Assembly (NCBI GenBank): GCA_964016885.1
Contig: OZ024747.1
Span: forward strand, 37,448,001 to 37,512,000
Source: Eledone cirrhosa
Taxonomy: Eukaryota
Length of the DNA stretch: 64,000 nucleotides
Direction of reading: 5' to 3'
Below are positions 39,810-53,344 of the stretch, in pieces. The notes beneath the pieces are model-generated. The model was given only the letters and a program-made list of their open reading frames with translations, did not search any database and was not told where the DNA came from. A program made the translations under genes and the position numbers. Each line of letters opens with the position of its first letter. Position 1 is the stretch's first letter.

Positions 39810-40400
39810 TGTTAGATTTCCACACCTTATCTAACATAACCACAAAAACAAAAATAAGATTATTCAAAGCTATAGTTGAATCAATCTTACTGAATTCCTG
39901 TGAATCATGGTCGGTGACAATACCTATCACCAAAGTTTTAGATGATTGCTACATCTGAATGCTAAGAAGGATAAAAAACACATCAAACCTCTCGACTGTG
40001 TGTGTTACAAACAAAATTTTCTACGGCAACTTTCTGCCCATTAGCCATACCATCCATATCAGGTGTCTTCAACTTGCAGGTCATGACTTGAGAGGTAACA
40101 AACCTGCTATAAAACTTTTACTAAGGAAACCCACTAATGTGAAATGCAAATGTGGAAGACCTCTCAAGACACTAAAGAGAGTCATGGAGGAAAATACAAA
40201 ATTATCTAATGAAGAACTGAGGCAGTTAATGTTGGATCATTTGAGATGGAAAGATTTATCATGTCAACTCAAAGAAGTGGATGAATTTAGTAGTAGTAGT
40301 ATTAAGAACCTTTGTTAAGTTATGTTCAAAGAGAGTCATTGAGGAAGATACAGAATTATCCAGTGAAGAACCGAGGAAATTAATATGTAGGATTAAGTGA
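39810..40400 (+). mobile_element. Old RTE-like 3' fragment
   Basis: KIRLFKAIVESILL..ESW, LQLAGH, GRP. Confidence 0.75.
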
Positions 40401-40860
40401 TGGAGAGGTTTTATCACAAAGTAGTAGTAGTAGTGATGATGAAGATATCATCAAAGGTAGGGCTGCTTCATTGATACTTTTACCATGAACCGAAGTCATG
40501 GGAGCCACATAAACATACAATTAGAGTACTGCAAACACAACATTTTTCAGTGCTACCTATTTTGTTACCAATCTGTTTGATTTTTGCCCTTGGTTCCACA
40601 ATGCAAAACTGTTTTAAGCTATTTATATTTATCTAAGAGCCTTGCATCATAATTTTACTCTAAACTCCAGCTAAACAATGACAAAGTTAGTTTATAGAAC
40701 TAATTCCAAATTCTTCATTATTAAAACAAAAAATTATAGGTAGTGTGCTTCATTAGAAATGTGGTGATGAAAGGAAAAAGTAGTGAGTCCCTTGATTGAT
40801 AATTTTCTATGAAAAAGAGGGCATCCACATTTTAAAATTGACTGTTCAATCTTTCTTTGT

Positions 40861-42385
40861 TCACCATTATCTATCTAGGGCGGGTAAAATTCCCGAGATC
40901 CATGGACAAGTTCTCTCCATCGGTCTCTGTCCCTCATTATCACTGCCATGTCCTGTATCTCCAACAGACCAGTATCTGTCCTTAGGGCATCAACATACGT
41001 TAACCTTGGTCTTCCTCTTCCAGTGTGTCCATGTAGGGGCTCCCACAGGAGCACTGAGTGCAATGTCAACTCTGGATGTCGGTGAGCATGTCCAGCTAAC
41101 CTCAGTCGCCTCTGTGTCACTTTTGAGCTGACTTTTGGGAGGCTCCCATACAGCTCTGAGTTTTTCATCCTCAGTGTATACTGATTAATGTTCAGAGCCA
41201 TCCTCAGTATTCTCGTGTAGCACCCATCCACCATCTGAGTGGGTTTCTTGGTCAGTGTCCAAGTCTCAGACCCGTACAGCAGCACAGACTACACTACAGC
41301 AATGAAGAGGCGGATTTTCAGGTCTTTACGAAGGTCTGACTTCCACACCGATCTCAAGCTGTGGCATGCTGCCCAGGCTTTGCTCTTCCTCTCAACCACA
41401 TCATCTTCTGTATTCCCAATCTTTGCTCCCATATACAGGAAGTCCTCAACCAATTCTAGCGCTTCCCGCCTACATTAGTGATCCCCTCTGGCTTTTCAAC
41501 ATTCTCTACCAGATATTTTGTTTTAGTCTCATTCATTCTCAGCCCCACACTCATCGACACAGTCTCAACCTCCTGCATCAAAACCTCTGCCTCCTTCACT
41601 GTATTTGTCACCAAAATTATGTCGTCGGAAAATTCAGCATCCGATATCTTTTTCGCCTTAACTCTCCTGCTCTGAGCTTGTTTAAGAATCATCCTGTTGA
41701 GGGTCTTTGCCACAAGTGACGTCAGTGAGATCCCCCTGTAGTTGTTGGTGTTAGAGAGATCTCTCTTCTTTGGCACTGGGACGATGTTACTGATCCTCCA
41801 CTGATTCGGGGCAACTCCTTTCTCCAGTGCCTGGTTACAGAACCCCAAGAAGATATCAAAATCACACCTCTTCATCACCTCTGATGCCACTCCATCTTCT
41901 CCATGAGCTTTGCCCTCCTTGATCTTCTTCTTGGCTCTCTGAAGTTCCTATCTGGTGAAGGGCTCTGTCTCAACATCCAGTTCCTCAAACAGCCGCCTGA
42001 TCTCCCCAGTGCTCTGGGCTGTGGAGGGCGGCTCTCCTAATAGGGTCCTAAAATGGTCTAGCCATTGCCTCTTCCTATCCTCAGGCCGTTCCCTGGATCT
42101 GACTCGAACACCTTCTCCAGGTCTTTGATTCTGTGGACCGTCACTGCCTGATGAAGATCTTACAGGCTTATGGAATCCCCAAGAAGATAGTGGACCTGAT
42201 ATCACTGCTCTACACCACCACCAAAGCCCAAGTCATTACACCTGATGGGATGACAGAGTTCTTTGAGATACTGGCTGGAGTGCTCCAGGGAGATACATTG
42301 GCTCCCTACCTTTTTATCATCATAGTGGACTATTGTATGCGCCTTGCACTGGAGAAACACCAGGACTCTGGCTTTACTGTAACCA
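40861..42385 (-). mobile_element. Rearranged RTE-like LINE; the RT core segment 42118-42385 is inverted onto the + strand
   Basis: - strand: NYRGISLTS, FSDD, LLYGSETW, RLRLAGH, RGRP. + strand: FDSVDR..GVLQGDTLAPYLF. Confidence 0.85.
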
Positions 42386-43741
42386 TTATCTATATCCTGC
42401 TAAAAACTCTTTAAAACTGATATTCATCATTATAAACACCAATTTCATGATCGTATTTCCAATGAAATATACTCTATTCTAAGTAATCAATGAAGAATTT
42501 TGAGGGATTTACTAACATCATTAATTACTAAGTAACTTAATTGTTTCTACTTTCGGCACAAGGCCAGCAATTACCCAGTGCAATACTGGTACTTTATTTT
42601 ATCGACCCTGTAAGGATGAAAGGCAAAGTTAACTTCAGTGAGATTTGAACTCACAATGGAAAGGGCCGTAACTCTATGCGTCAAAGCATGGCGTCCGACC
42701 CTCTACTGATACTGCCAATCCACCACTAATTTAGTAACTTAATGTAAGGTTATTATATAAAATTATGTTGGCAGATTTTAATTTAAATTTGAGAACTTTA
42801 AAATGGGTGAGTTTTATTTCTTAGAACCAGTGCCAGTTTTGCCGGGTTGGTAACTAAAGGGTTAAGAAAAAAAAAAGCGTATGTGTCTTTTCTGTTTCAA
42901 ATTTGTGTTGGAAATGCTGAATATTATTTATATAGATTAATATCTTGGCAGTTCATTTATTATTTTAAAGCTGTTTAATATCAATTCTTTCATATTTCTA
43001 TGGGTAGAATGGTTTTCTTTGCTTCTTTTTAAGCAATTATTATAGCTGACTACCCTTTTCACAAATAATGAAAACTCCACATGATTACTCGACTTGCTAG
43101 AAAGAGAAGCCAAATCTCTCTAAAATCATACCCTAGTTTCTTACAAAAGGAAACAATGGGTATTTTCAAGTTCCACATGTCAGCAATATTCAAGTTCCAC
43201 TTGTTATCTCCACTGTGAGATCCAGTTTTCTAAGATCAGTCGTTACACCTTCATTACATCTTACTGCTTCTACGAGTTCAATCCACTGAGCTTTTTCTGC
43301 ACCTCTTTAGGCAGGTATTATCTACCACATACATCATATGTCCATACCAGTGCAGTCTCTCTCTTGCACATTACATCGGACTCCTTTAAACCAAATTTTT
43401 TCTCTCAGCATTTTTATACAAAGTTGTACATGCACACTAACATTACACTTCCAACAGAGCACACTCACTTCAATTCTATTTTACTGTTGTTGAGGTAGAA
43501 TATATACTACAAACAAATACAATCAACTGACTGACTGAGGATAGATACAAAGAATGCATAGCTGCTCCATCTTACATACAGATCTCATTTACAGACAGAA
43601 CTATGGATGTTTGTGTGTGGGTGTGTGTATATATTATATACAGATGGATGTACATGTATGTATAATTATGTGCTTTATATATGTATGTGTAAATGCATCT
43701 ATTTATTGATCCAAATATATATATAATGTATTTTATATATA

Positions 43742-44271
43742 CTAGTAGAAAAACCACCCTTCAGGTGGTTTTCTGCTAGCATGCATGGTGTGCATATTGA
43801 TATTATACGCAAATATACATGCATGTAGATATGATACATCAAATAAAATCGTCATTGAGAAGATGCACGGAAATTGAAGAGAGACTGTTACAGTAAAGTA
43901 ACAGTAAAGTAATCAATGATACATTTAAAAAAGATGATATTATATATAAACTGCATTAGGTGAAAATTAGCGACGGAAATATAAACCTTATATAACCATG
44001 CAAATATATGAATGTGTATATAAGCGATGCGATAAGTGTTATAATATAATGGACGCTAACCAGAGGTGTTGACATTTGAAAATTTTAAAGAAGTGAATCT
44101 TGAAATAAGCAACAAAATTATTTATATATAAACAAGAGTTTCGAAATTTAGTAGATAAATTATGTAATATTCATTCATTATTTATTCAAAGTAATCCAAC
44201 TTATTTTACAAAGGAGCTAAAAAGATATATTCAGGGGGCAGTCTCGCACTCCTCCCTTTATTATATTATGA
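43742..44271 (-). mobile_element. Non-autonomous Helitron, 530 bp
   Basis: - strand A|TCATAATATAATAAAG start, hairpin AAAACCACC-tgaag-GGTGGTTTT, CTAG|T end. Confidence 0.8.
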
Positions 44272-44586
44272 TGTGTATTATATATATATATGTATATAAT
44301 ATATATACATATATATAATATATATACATATATATGTATATATATATATAATGTAGTTTATATATATGTATACAATCTATTATATATATATATAATGTAT
44401 TATAACAAAGGAAGTGTGGTAAGGAACCAGATGGGCCATAACGCACCAGAATACTCAGTACTTAGGGTAGTAGAGTGGGTAATAGGAAAATGTTCAAGAC
44501 CCCGACGGCAGAGCTTAAGCCGTTTCGATGGCTATTTCTAGACTGTATTATAATGTATTATATATATATATATATATATATAATAT

Positions 44587-44588
<2 letters not shown>

Positions 44589-44626
<38 letters not shown>

Positions 44627-45580
44627 ACGTTTAACGTCCGTGTTCCACGCTTGCATGGGTTTGGACGGAGGTAGTCCCACTTGAGGCAAGAGTGATTGTC
44701 TTGCTCGCATAGGACTGTCTGGCAGGTTTTCTACAGTTGGATGCCCTTCCTAACACCAACCACATTTACAGTGTGGGTCTGGGAGGTTTTTACCGTGTTG
44801 CCTACACGGCCACATTACAGCGTGGACTGTGTTTTTTTTTGTCGTGACACCTACACAATCTCATTTGTTTCGGCCTGGATGGCGCGGCACCAACATAACT
44901 TTACATAGAACGGGGTGGGGGTGGTGGTGGTAGGACGGGGTGTATTTTGTTAGAGATGCCTACTGGCTGGAGTAGGTTTTACTATATATTTAGGTAAGGC
45001 GGGTCTTCTCTGTTACTGAGTACCGCCAAAGGTCTCGGTCCAGTGACATTGTCTTGGAGAGGTGTAAGTGTGTGATGTCGGAGTTTATCAGCTCGTCCCA
45101 GGTTTTTCTAGGTCTGCCTATTCCGTGACTACCGTCTATCTTTATTGCCCTGCACTTTGTTATACAGCTATCGACTTTCATGCGCATCACGTGTCCATAC
45201 CAACGTAGCCTTCTCTCGAGTAAACAACATCTGATCCCTCTTATCTCTAATTTTTTCCTTACTTCGTTTATGCTTTGCCGTTCACGTATATTACTGTTAC
45301 ACATCCAGCGGAGCATGCAAGCTTCGTTCCTCTCTAGTCTGCGTATATCCTCTGCACACAATGCCCAGGTCTCACTGCCATGCAGCATTGCTGTTCGTAT
45401 GCAGGCATCGTACAACCTGCCTTTCATTTTTAGGGAGAACCCTTTAGCAGCTAATAGTGGTATAAGCTCTCTGAACTTTTTCCAACCAGTTCTGACTCTA
45501 GCTACAGAACTTTCAGAGCACCCTCCCCCACTGCTGATTTTATCACCCAGGTAACGGAAGCTGTCCACTATTTCTATAGA
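44589..45580 (-). mobile_element. 5'-truncated copy of the 17.1-20.6 kb RTE, nearly identical
   Basis: The 192-aa ORF differs from the long ORF's C-terminus at only a few residues; same 3' UTR and (GAT)n tail. Confidence 0.95.
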
Positions 45581-45602
45581 TAATATATAATATATATATA
45601 AT

Positions 45603-47588
45603 ACAAGTAGATCCTATAGAGGGGCCAGCAATACAAGTCAGCAGCAGCGTAGTAAGTAAGGCAATCACAGATATGAAGACGGGGAAGGCAACCGGTCCAT
45701 CAGGTATAGCTGTCAAGATGCTGAAGGCATCTGGGTCAATAGGTCACACTATAACCACACGTATTGTTAGCCAGGTAATACTAGAAGGTGTCATACCAAA
45801 GGATTGGTGCAACAGCATCATTGTCAACTGCTACAAAGGTAAAGGTGATGCACTAGATAGAGGAAACTATAGAGGTGTAAAGCTGATGGACCAGGTCATG
45901 AAAGTAACAGAAAGAGTTATAGCACAGTTGATTAGGGACCGGGTAAAACTAGATGAGATGCAATTTGCGTTTGTGCCATGAAAAGGCACCACTGATGCCC
46001 TCTTCCTTGTGAGGCAGTTACAGGAAGAGTACCTAGCTAAAAGTAAGCCGCTCTACCTGGCATTCGTCGATCTGGAGAAAACCTTTCACAGAGTTTCCCG
46101 TGCTATAATTTGGTGGACTCTTAGAAAACTAGGAGTAGATGAATAGTTTGTGAAAGCTGTACAAGCCATGTATAGGGGAGCAGTCAGCAAAGGTAGGGTT
46201 AACAATGACTATAGCGAGGAATTTAGCATACAGGTTGGAGTCCACCAGGGCTCTGTTCTTAGCCCCCTCCTGTTCATCATAGTCCTGCAGGCAATAACAG
46301 AGGAGTTTAAGACCGGATGTCCATGGGAACTCCTGTATGCAGATGACCTCGCACTTATAGCTGAATCTATGGTAGAACTAGAGAAGAAATTCCAAACTTG
46401 GAAGCAGAGACCAGAAAGAAAGGGTCTCAAAGTCAACCTGACAAAGACTAAGGTCCTTGTAAGTAGACGAGAAAACAGAACCCAGATCCCCTCAGGGAAA
46501 TGGGCTTGCACAGGAAAAGTGTAGGTAGGAACTCCATCCTCTGCCCCAAATTCAAAAATGGGTACACAAGAGATGTAGCGGGATCTCAGGAAGCTTAATT
46601 AAGAATGTAGGCTTCACACGCAGCAGCTGTACTGAGACAGCAATTGCAAACAGCTACAAGAAACAAGTACCACCAATCTCTGGGAGGGCTCAGTAGAAAC
46701 AGTAGACAGCTTCTGCTACCTAGGTCACCGAATTAGCAGCGGAGGTGGGTGTTCAGAAAGTACAATAACTAGGGTAAGAACGGGATGGAAGAAGTTCAGG
46801 GAACTACTGCCACTGCTAGCTGCAAAAGGCTTCTCCCTCAAAATGAAAGGCAGACTGTATGATGCGTGTATCCAAACAGCAATGTTACATGGTAGTGAGA
46901 CCTGGGCGCTGAAGATGGAAGACTTACGTAGATTAGAAAGAAACGAAGCCTGCATGCTCCGATGGATGTGTAATAGTAATACACGTGAACGACAAAGCAT
47001 AAATGAATTGAGAGAAAGACTGAGCATAAGAGGAATCAAATGCTGTGTGCAGGAGAGGCGGTTGCGTTGGTATGGACATGTGATGCGTATGAACGATGAC
47101 AGCTGCATAAAAAGGTGCAGAGCACTAGAAGTCAATGGAAACCGCGGATTGGGGAGACCCAAGAAGACCTGGGATGAGGTGATAAAAGCCGACCTTACCC
47201 AATTACACCTCTCAAAGGCGATGACACACGACCGTGACCTCTGGCGTCATGCAGTAATACAGAGTACCCGACCTCCCATGGGTACAAGCTGAAGCATATA
47301 GACAATATGCCCCCACACCCTACCACTGCAAGGTGGTCGTGGAGGTGCCACGGCAAAAAAGCACCCAGCCCACACTGTAAAGTGGACGTGTATGCGCCAC
47401 GGAAAAAGCACCCAGCACTCACTGTAAATGAGGTTGGTGTTAGGAAGGGCATCCAGCTGTAGAAATCAAGCCAAAATCAGTTCCTGTATGAGCAAGGCAT
47501 GGTCAGCCGACCAGACACTGCCCACAACAGGACAACCCGTCTAACCCATGTTAGCGTGGAAGAACGGACGTAAAACGGTGATGATGAT
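45603..47588 (+). mobile_element. 5'-truncated RTE subfamily 2 copy with stops and frameshifts
   Basis: RT fragments 45673-45981, 46150-46524 and 46843-47292; C-terminus TRPPMGTS; (GAT)n tail. Confidence 0.93.
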
Positions 47589-47660
47589 ATATATGTAATA
47601 TATATATATATAATATATACGATATTAAACAAATGGAAACTATATTTATAAAGCCATATT

Positions 47661-47726
47661 TATTTCATTATACATATTTCAGGGATACCATATTAAAAAT
47701 ATGGCATGCCTTCGTCAGATAAAATA
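47661..47726 (-). ncRNA. Type I minimal hammerhead ribozyme on the SF3A3 sense strand
   Basis: - strand TATTTTAT-CTGACGA-AGG c ATGCCATAT tttta ATATGGTAT c CCT-GAAA-TATGTA-TA-ATGAAATA: 8-bp stem I, 12-bp stem II with one mismatch, near-palindromic stem III, AUA triplet. Confidence 0.78.
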
Positions 47727-47989
47727 CAATATATAACCAGTTTTATAAATAATTTTGACGTACCATGAATATAGCGACCAATAAAATTGTATCTACTTTA
47801 GGCACAAGGCCAGCAATTATCCAGTGCATTACTGGTACTTTATTTTATCGACCCCGTAAGGATGAAAGGTAAAGTCAACCTCGGTGGGATTTGAACTCAG
47901 ATCGTAAAGGGACGTAACTATGCTGGAAAGAATGGCGTCCAACCCTCTACCGATACTGCCAATCCACCGCCCCTTAAATATATATATAA

Positions 47990-49213
47990 TGAAAGTAGCT
48001 TGGAAGTGTCAGTATGAGAGGCTACTAAATGAGGAGAATAAGTGGGAAAAAGATAGTCTGCTCCAAATCGATCCAATAGAGGGACGAGCAGTGCAAGTTG
48101 AAGGTAGTATAATAAGTAAGGCAATCAAAAATATGAAGACAGGCAAAGCAGCTGGGCCTTTGGAGATAGTTGCTGAAATGCTGAAAGCATGTGGATCGGT
48201 GGGACACACTATGGTCACCCGGATAGTAAACCAAGTCATACAGAATGGGGACATACCAAATGACTGGTGTAGCAGCATCATCATTAACTGCTACAAGGGT
48301 AAAGGAGATGCCCTAGATAGGGGAAACTACAGAGGCATTAAATTAATTGACCAGGTCATGAAGGTCACAGAAAGAGTTATAGCGCAACTAATCAGAGAGC
48401 GAATTGATCTAGATGGTTTGTGTCAGGTAAAAGTACCACAGACACTAAAACAGACATGGGCCTTGTGTGCAGAGGATCTACGCAGACTGGAGAGGAACGA
48501 AGCTTGCATGCTCTGTTAGATGTGTAATACGCAAACGGCAAAGCATAAATGAACTAAGTGAGAAATTAGGAATAAGAGGGATCAGATGCTGTTTACTCGA
48601 GAGAAGACTACGTTGGTATGGTCACGTGATGCGCATGAAAGATGACAGCTGTATAAAAAAGTGCAGGGCGATCAAAATAGACGTTAGCTACGGAGTAGGC
48701 AGACCCAGAAAAACCTGAGACGACTTGATAAAATCCGACCTCACACACTCATACCTCTCCAAGACAATGTCACTGGACCGAGATCTTTGACGCTACATAG
48801 TAATAGAGATGACCCGCCTTGCTTAAGTACAAAGCAAAACCTACAGTCAGTAGGCACCTCTTAACCAAAATACACCCCCGTCCCACTAACCCTACCCCCC
48901 ACCGCCATCTACACGACCCCTTTCGATGTAAAGCTATGTTGGTACCACAACATCCAGTCCTAAATAAATGAGGTCGTGTAGGTGTCACGACAAAAATACA
49001 CACAGTCCACGCTGTAATGTGGCCGTGTAGGTAACATGGTAAAAACCTCCCAGTCCACACTGTAAACATGGTTGGTGTTAGGAAGGGCATCCAACCGTAG
49101 AAAACCCGCCAGACTGTCCTGAGCAAGACAACCAATCTTGCCTCTCGTGGGACAATTCCCCTCCAGACCCATGCTAGCGTGGAAAATGGACGTTAAACGA
49201 TGATGATGATGAT
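47990..49213 (+). mobile_element. RTE copy, 5'-truncated, with the RT core deleted internally
   Basis: Sequence jumps near 48445 from the GKSTTD-equivalent region to TWALCAED; 3' UTR and tail present. Confidence 0.88.
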
Positions 49214-49215
49214 GA

Positions 49216-49720
49216 ATGCCCCCACACCCTCCCACTGCAAAAAAGCATCCAGCCCACACTGTAAAGTGGACGTGTAGGCGCCACGGAAAAAAGCACCAAG
49301 CACTCACTGTGAATGAGGTTGGTGTTAGGAAGGGCATCCAGCTGTAGAAATCAAGCCAGAATTAGTTCCTGTCCCACTCTTGTAAGAAGGGAAAAACGGA
49401 CATAAAATGATGATGATGATGATATAATATAATATATATATATATAAGCCCCCCCCCCCCACACACACACACAAAAAAGCATCCAGCCCACACTGTAAAG
49501 TGGACGTGTAGGCGCCACGGAAAAAAGCACCCAGCACTCACTGTAAATGAGGTTGGTGTTAGCAAGGGCATCCAGCTGTAGAAATCAAGTCAGAATCAGT
49601 TCCCGTATGAGCAAGGCATAGTCAGCAGACCGGACACTGCCCATAACAGGACAACACGTCTAACCCATGCTAGCCTGGAAGAACGGACATAAAACGGTGA
49701 TGATGATGGTGATGATGATA
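49216..49720 (+). mobile_element. Stacked RTE/SINE 3'-tail-only insertions
   Basis: Two successive cacactgtaaagtgg..aagggcatccagctgtagaaa..(gat)n units. Confidence 0.8.
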
Positions 49721-50365
49721 ACATATATATATATATATATATATATATGCATATATATATATATAATATATATGGAGGCACATGGCTTAGTGGTTAGAGC
49801 ATTGGGCTTGCAATCGAAAGGTTGTGAGTTCAATTCACAGACCGGGTGATGTGTTGTTTCCTTGAGCAAGACACTTTATTTCACATTGCTCCAGTTTGCT
49901 CAGCTGTAGAAATGAGATGATAGGACTGGGTCCATATCATTCCACTGCAAAGTGGTTATGGAGGTGCCACGGCAAAAAAGCACCCAGCCCACACTGTAAA
50001 GTGGACGTGGAGGCGCCACGGAAAAAAAAGCACCCACCACTCACTGTAAATGAGGTTGGTGTTAGGAAGGGCATCCAGCTGTAGAAATCAAGCCAGAATC
50101 AGTTCCCGTCCCACCCTTGCAAGCTGGGAAAAGCGGACGTATGATGATGATGATATATATATAATATATATATAATTGTTTCTACTTTTGGCACAAGGCC
50201 AGCAATTACCTAGTACATTACTGGTACTTTATTTTATCGACCCCGTAAGGATGAATGGCAAAGTTGACCTCGGCGGGATTTGAACTCAGAATGGAAACGG
50301 CCGTAACTCTATGCGTCAAAGCATGACGTCCAACCCTCTACCGATACTGCCAATCCACCGCCCTT

Positions 50366-53143
50366 GATCATCATCATCATCACCGTTTTACGTCCGCTCT
50401 TCCACGCTAGCATGGGTTAGACGGGTTGTCCTGTTGTGGGCAGTGTCTGGTCGGCTGATCATGCCTTGCTCATAAAGGAACTGATTTGGCTTGATTTCTA
50501 CAGCTGGATGCCCTTCCTAACACCAACCTCATTTACAGTGAGTGCTGGGTGCTTTTTCCGTGGCGCCTACGCGTCCACTTTACAGTGTGGGCTGGGTGCT
50601 TGTTTGCCGTGGCACCTCTACGACCACCTTGCGGTGGAGGATGTGGGGCATATTGTCTATATGTTTCAGCTTGTACCCATGGGAGGACGAGTACTCTGTA
50701 TTACTGCGTGACGCCAGAGGTCACGGTCGTGTGTCATTGCCTTTGAGAGGTGTAATTGGGTAAGGTCAGCTTTTATCACCTCATCCCAGGTCATCTTGGG
50801 TTTCCCCACTCCGCGGTTTCCATCGACTTCTAGTGCTCTGCACCTTTTTATGCAGCTGTCATTCTTAATACGCATCACATGTCCATACCAGCGCAGCCGC
50901 CTCTCCTGCACACAGCATTTGATTCCTCTTATGCTCAGTCTCTCTCTCAATTCATTTATGCTTTGTCGTTCACGTATATTACTGTTACACATCCATCGGA
51001 GCATGCAGGCTTCGTTTCTCTCTAATCTACGTAAGTCTTCCACCTTCAGCACCCAGGTCTCACTACCATGCAACATTGCTGTCCGGATACACGCATCATA
51101 CAGTCTGCCTTTCATTCTGAGGGAGAAGCCTTTTGCAGCTAGCAGTGGTAGTAGTTCCCTAAACTTCTTCCATCCCGTTCTTACCCTAGTTATTGTACTT
51201 TCTGAACACCCACCTCCGCTGTTAATTCGGTCACCTAGGTAGCAGAAGCTGTCTACTGTTTCTACAGAGCCCTCCCAGAGATTGGTGGTACTTGTTTCCT
51301 GCTTGCTGGCCCAGCACAGTTGCTGCATGTGAAGCCTACATTCTTAATTAAGCTTCCTGAGATCCCGCTACATCTCTTGTGTACCCATTGTTTGCATTTG
51401 GGGCAGAGAATGGAGTTCTTACCTACACCTTTCCTACATACTGAGCAAGGCCATTTCCCTGAGGGGATCTGGGTTCTGTTTTCTCGTCTACTTACAAGGA
51501 TCTTAGTCTTTGTCATGTTGACTTTGAGACCCTTTCTTTCTGGTCTCTGCTTCCAAGTTTGGAATTTATTCTCTAGTTCTACCATAGATTCAGCTATAAG
51601 TGCGAGGTCATCAGCATACAGGAGTTCCCATGAGCATCCGGTCTTAAACTCCTCCGTTATTGCCTGCAGGACTATGATGAACAGGAGGGGGCTAAGAACA
51701 GAGCCCTGGTGGACTCCAACCTGTACGCTAAATTCCTCGCTATACTCATTGCTAATCCTAACTTTGCTGACTGCTCCCCTATACATGGCTTGTACCGCTT
51801 TCACAAGCCATTCATCTACTCCTAGTTTTCTAAGAGCCCACCAGATTACAGCACGTGGAACTCTGTCAAAGGCTTTCTCAAGGTCGACAAATGCCAAGTA
51901 GAGTGGCTTACTTTTAGCTAGGTACTTTTCCTGTAACTGCCTCACAAGGAAGAGGGCATCAGTGGTGCCTCTTCCTGGTACAAACCCAAATTGCATCTCA
52001 TCTATTTTCACCCGGTCCCTAATCAACTATGCTATAACTCTTTCTGTTACTTTCATGACCTGGTCCATCAACTTTATACCTCTATAGTTTCCTCTATCTA
52101 GTGCATCACCTTTACCTTTGTAGCAGTTGACAATGATGCTACTGCACCAATCTTTTGGTATGACACCTTCTAGTATTACCTGGTTAACAATACGTGTGGT
52201 TATAGTGTGTCCTACAGACCCAGATGCCTTCAGCATCTCGGCAGTTATACCCGATGGACCGGTTGCCTTCCCCATCTTCATATCTTTGATTGCCTTACTT
52301 ACTACGTTGCTGCTGACTTGTACTGCTGGCCCCTCTATAGGGTCTACTTGGGGTAGGGTCTCTTCTTCCCATGCATTCTCCTCATTTAGTAATCTATCAT
52401 AATGACTCTTCCATGCATCTTTCTTCTCAGCACTTGTGAGGGCAAGCTCACTTTTATCATTCCGGATACACTTCTCTCCAATGACATCACAACTATCTCT
52501 GACACACTGCCTCGCAATCTTGAACACCTCCTGTTTCTGGTCCTCACGTTGCAAAACATGCTTGAATTTTCTATCCTCTGCTTCCCTCCTAGCTAAGTAT
52601 ACTTGTCGCCTAGCTTCCCTCTTGGTCTCTACGTAATGTAACCTGCTCCCCCCGTTCTTCCATTCTTTCCATGCCTGTCTCTTGGCCTTAACTGCTTCAT
52701 CTACCTTATTGTTCCACCACCAAGTCACTCTCCTCCTGCTTGAGGTCTTACTCCAGCCACAGACCTCATCCGTCGCCTCTAGTAAATTATTTTTTAGGAA
52801 CTCCTACATTGAATGTCTACATTGAATGTCTCTATCTGTTCTTCTTTACTGTCGTAGGAATTGAGTAAAATATTTTTAAATCTGTTACTGGTTGAGGGGT
52901 CTTTCAGCTTCCAGATCTTTCTTCTCCAGGTTGGCCTCTGTTTCCAGGTTCGTCTAGTTCTGACCGTGAGGTCGCTGACAACTAAGCTATGTTGGGATGT
53001 ACATTCCTCACTAGGGAAGGCTTTTGTGTTTACGACCGTCCATCTGTCACGTCCTCTGATGAGGATAAAATCTATCTGACTGGAGTGCTCCCCTGATCTA
53101 TAGGTGATCAGGTGGTTGTCGGGTTTTTAAAGTTTGTGTTACA
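50366..53143 (-). mobile_element. 5'-truncated RTE subfamily 2 copy (end of APE through tail), few lesions
   Basis: ORFs 52027-52728, 51262-52026 and 50666-51328 are collinear with the long RTE ORF, including the Cys/His finger. Confidence 0.94.
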
Positions 53144-53344
53144 TATATATACATATATATATATATATAATCAGACCCAAGCTAGCATGGAAGATGGACG
53201 TTAAACGATGATGATGATGATATATATATAATATATAATATATATATATATATAATATATAATATACATATATATATAATACATATATAATATATAATCA
53301 TCATACGTCCACTTTTCCCTGCTTTATATATTTATATATATAAT

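Noticed and set aside
44400-44550. Half-hammerhead on the - strand (GAAA-CGGC..GCCG-TC) in a small TA-embedded repeat related to 62585-62680
   Set aside because: No CTGAnGA or stem II partner is present, so it cannot be called a ribozyme.
45560-45620. Twin-priming inversion at the head-to-head RTE junction
   Set aside because: The two sides are different subfamilies, overlap in element coordinates, and each has its own tail, so they are independent insertions.
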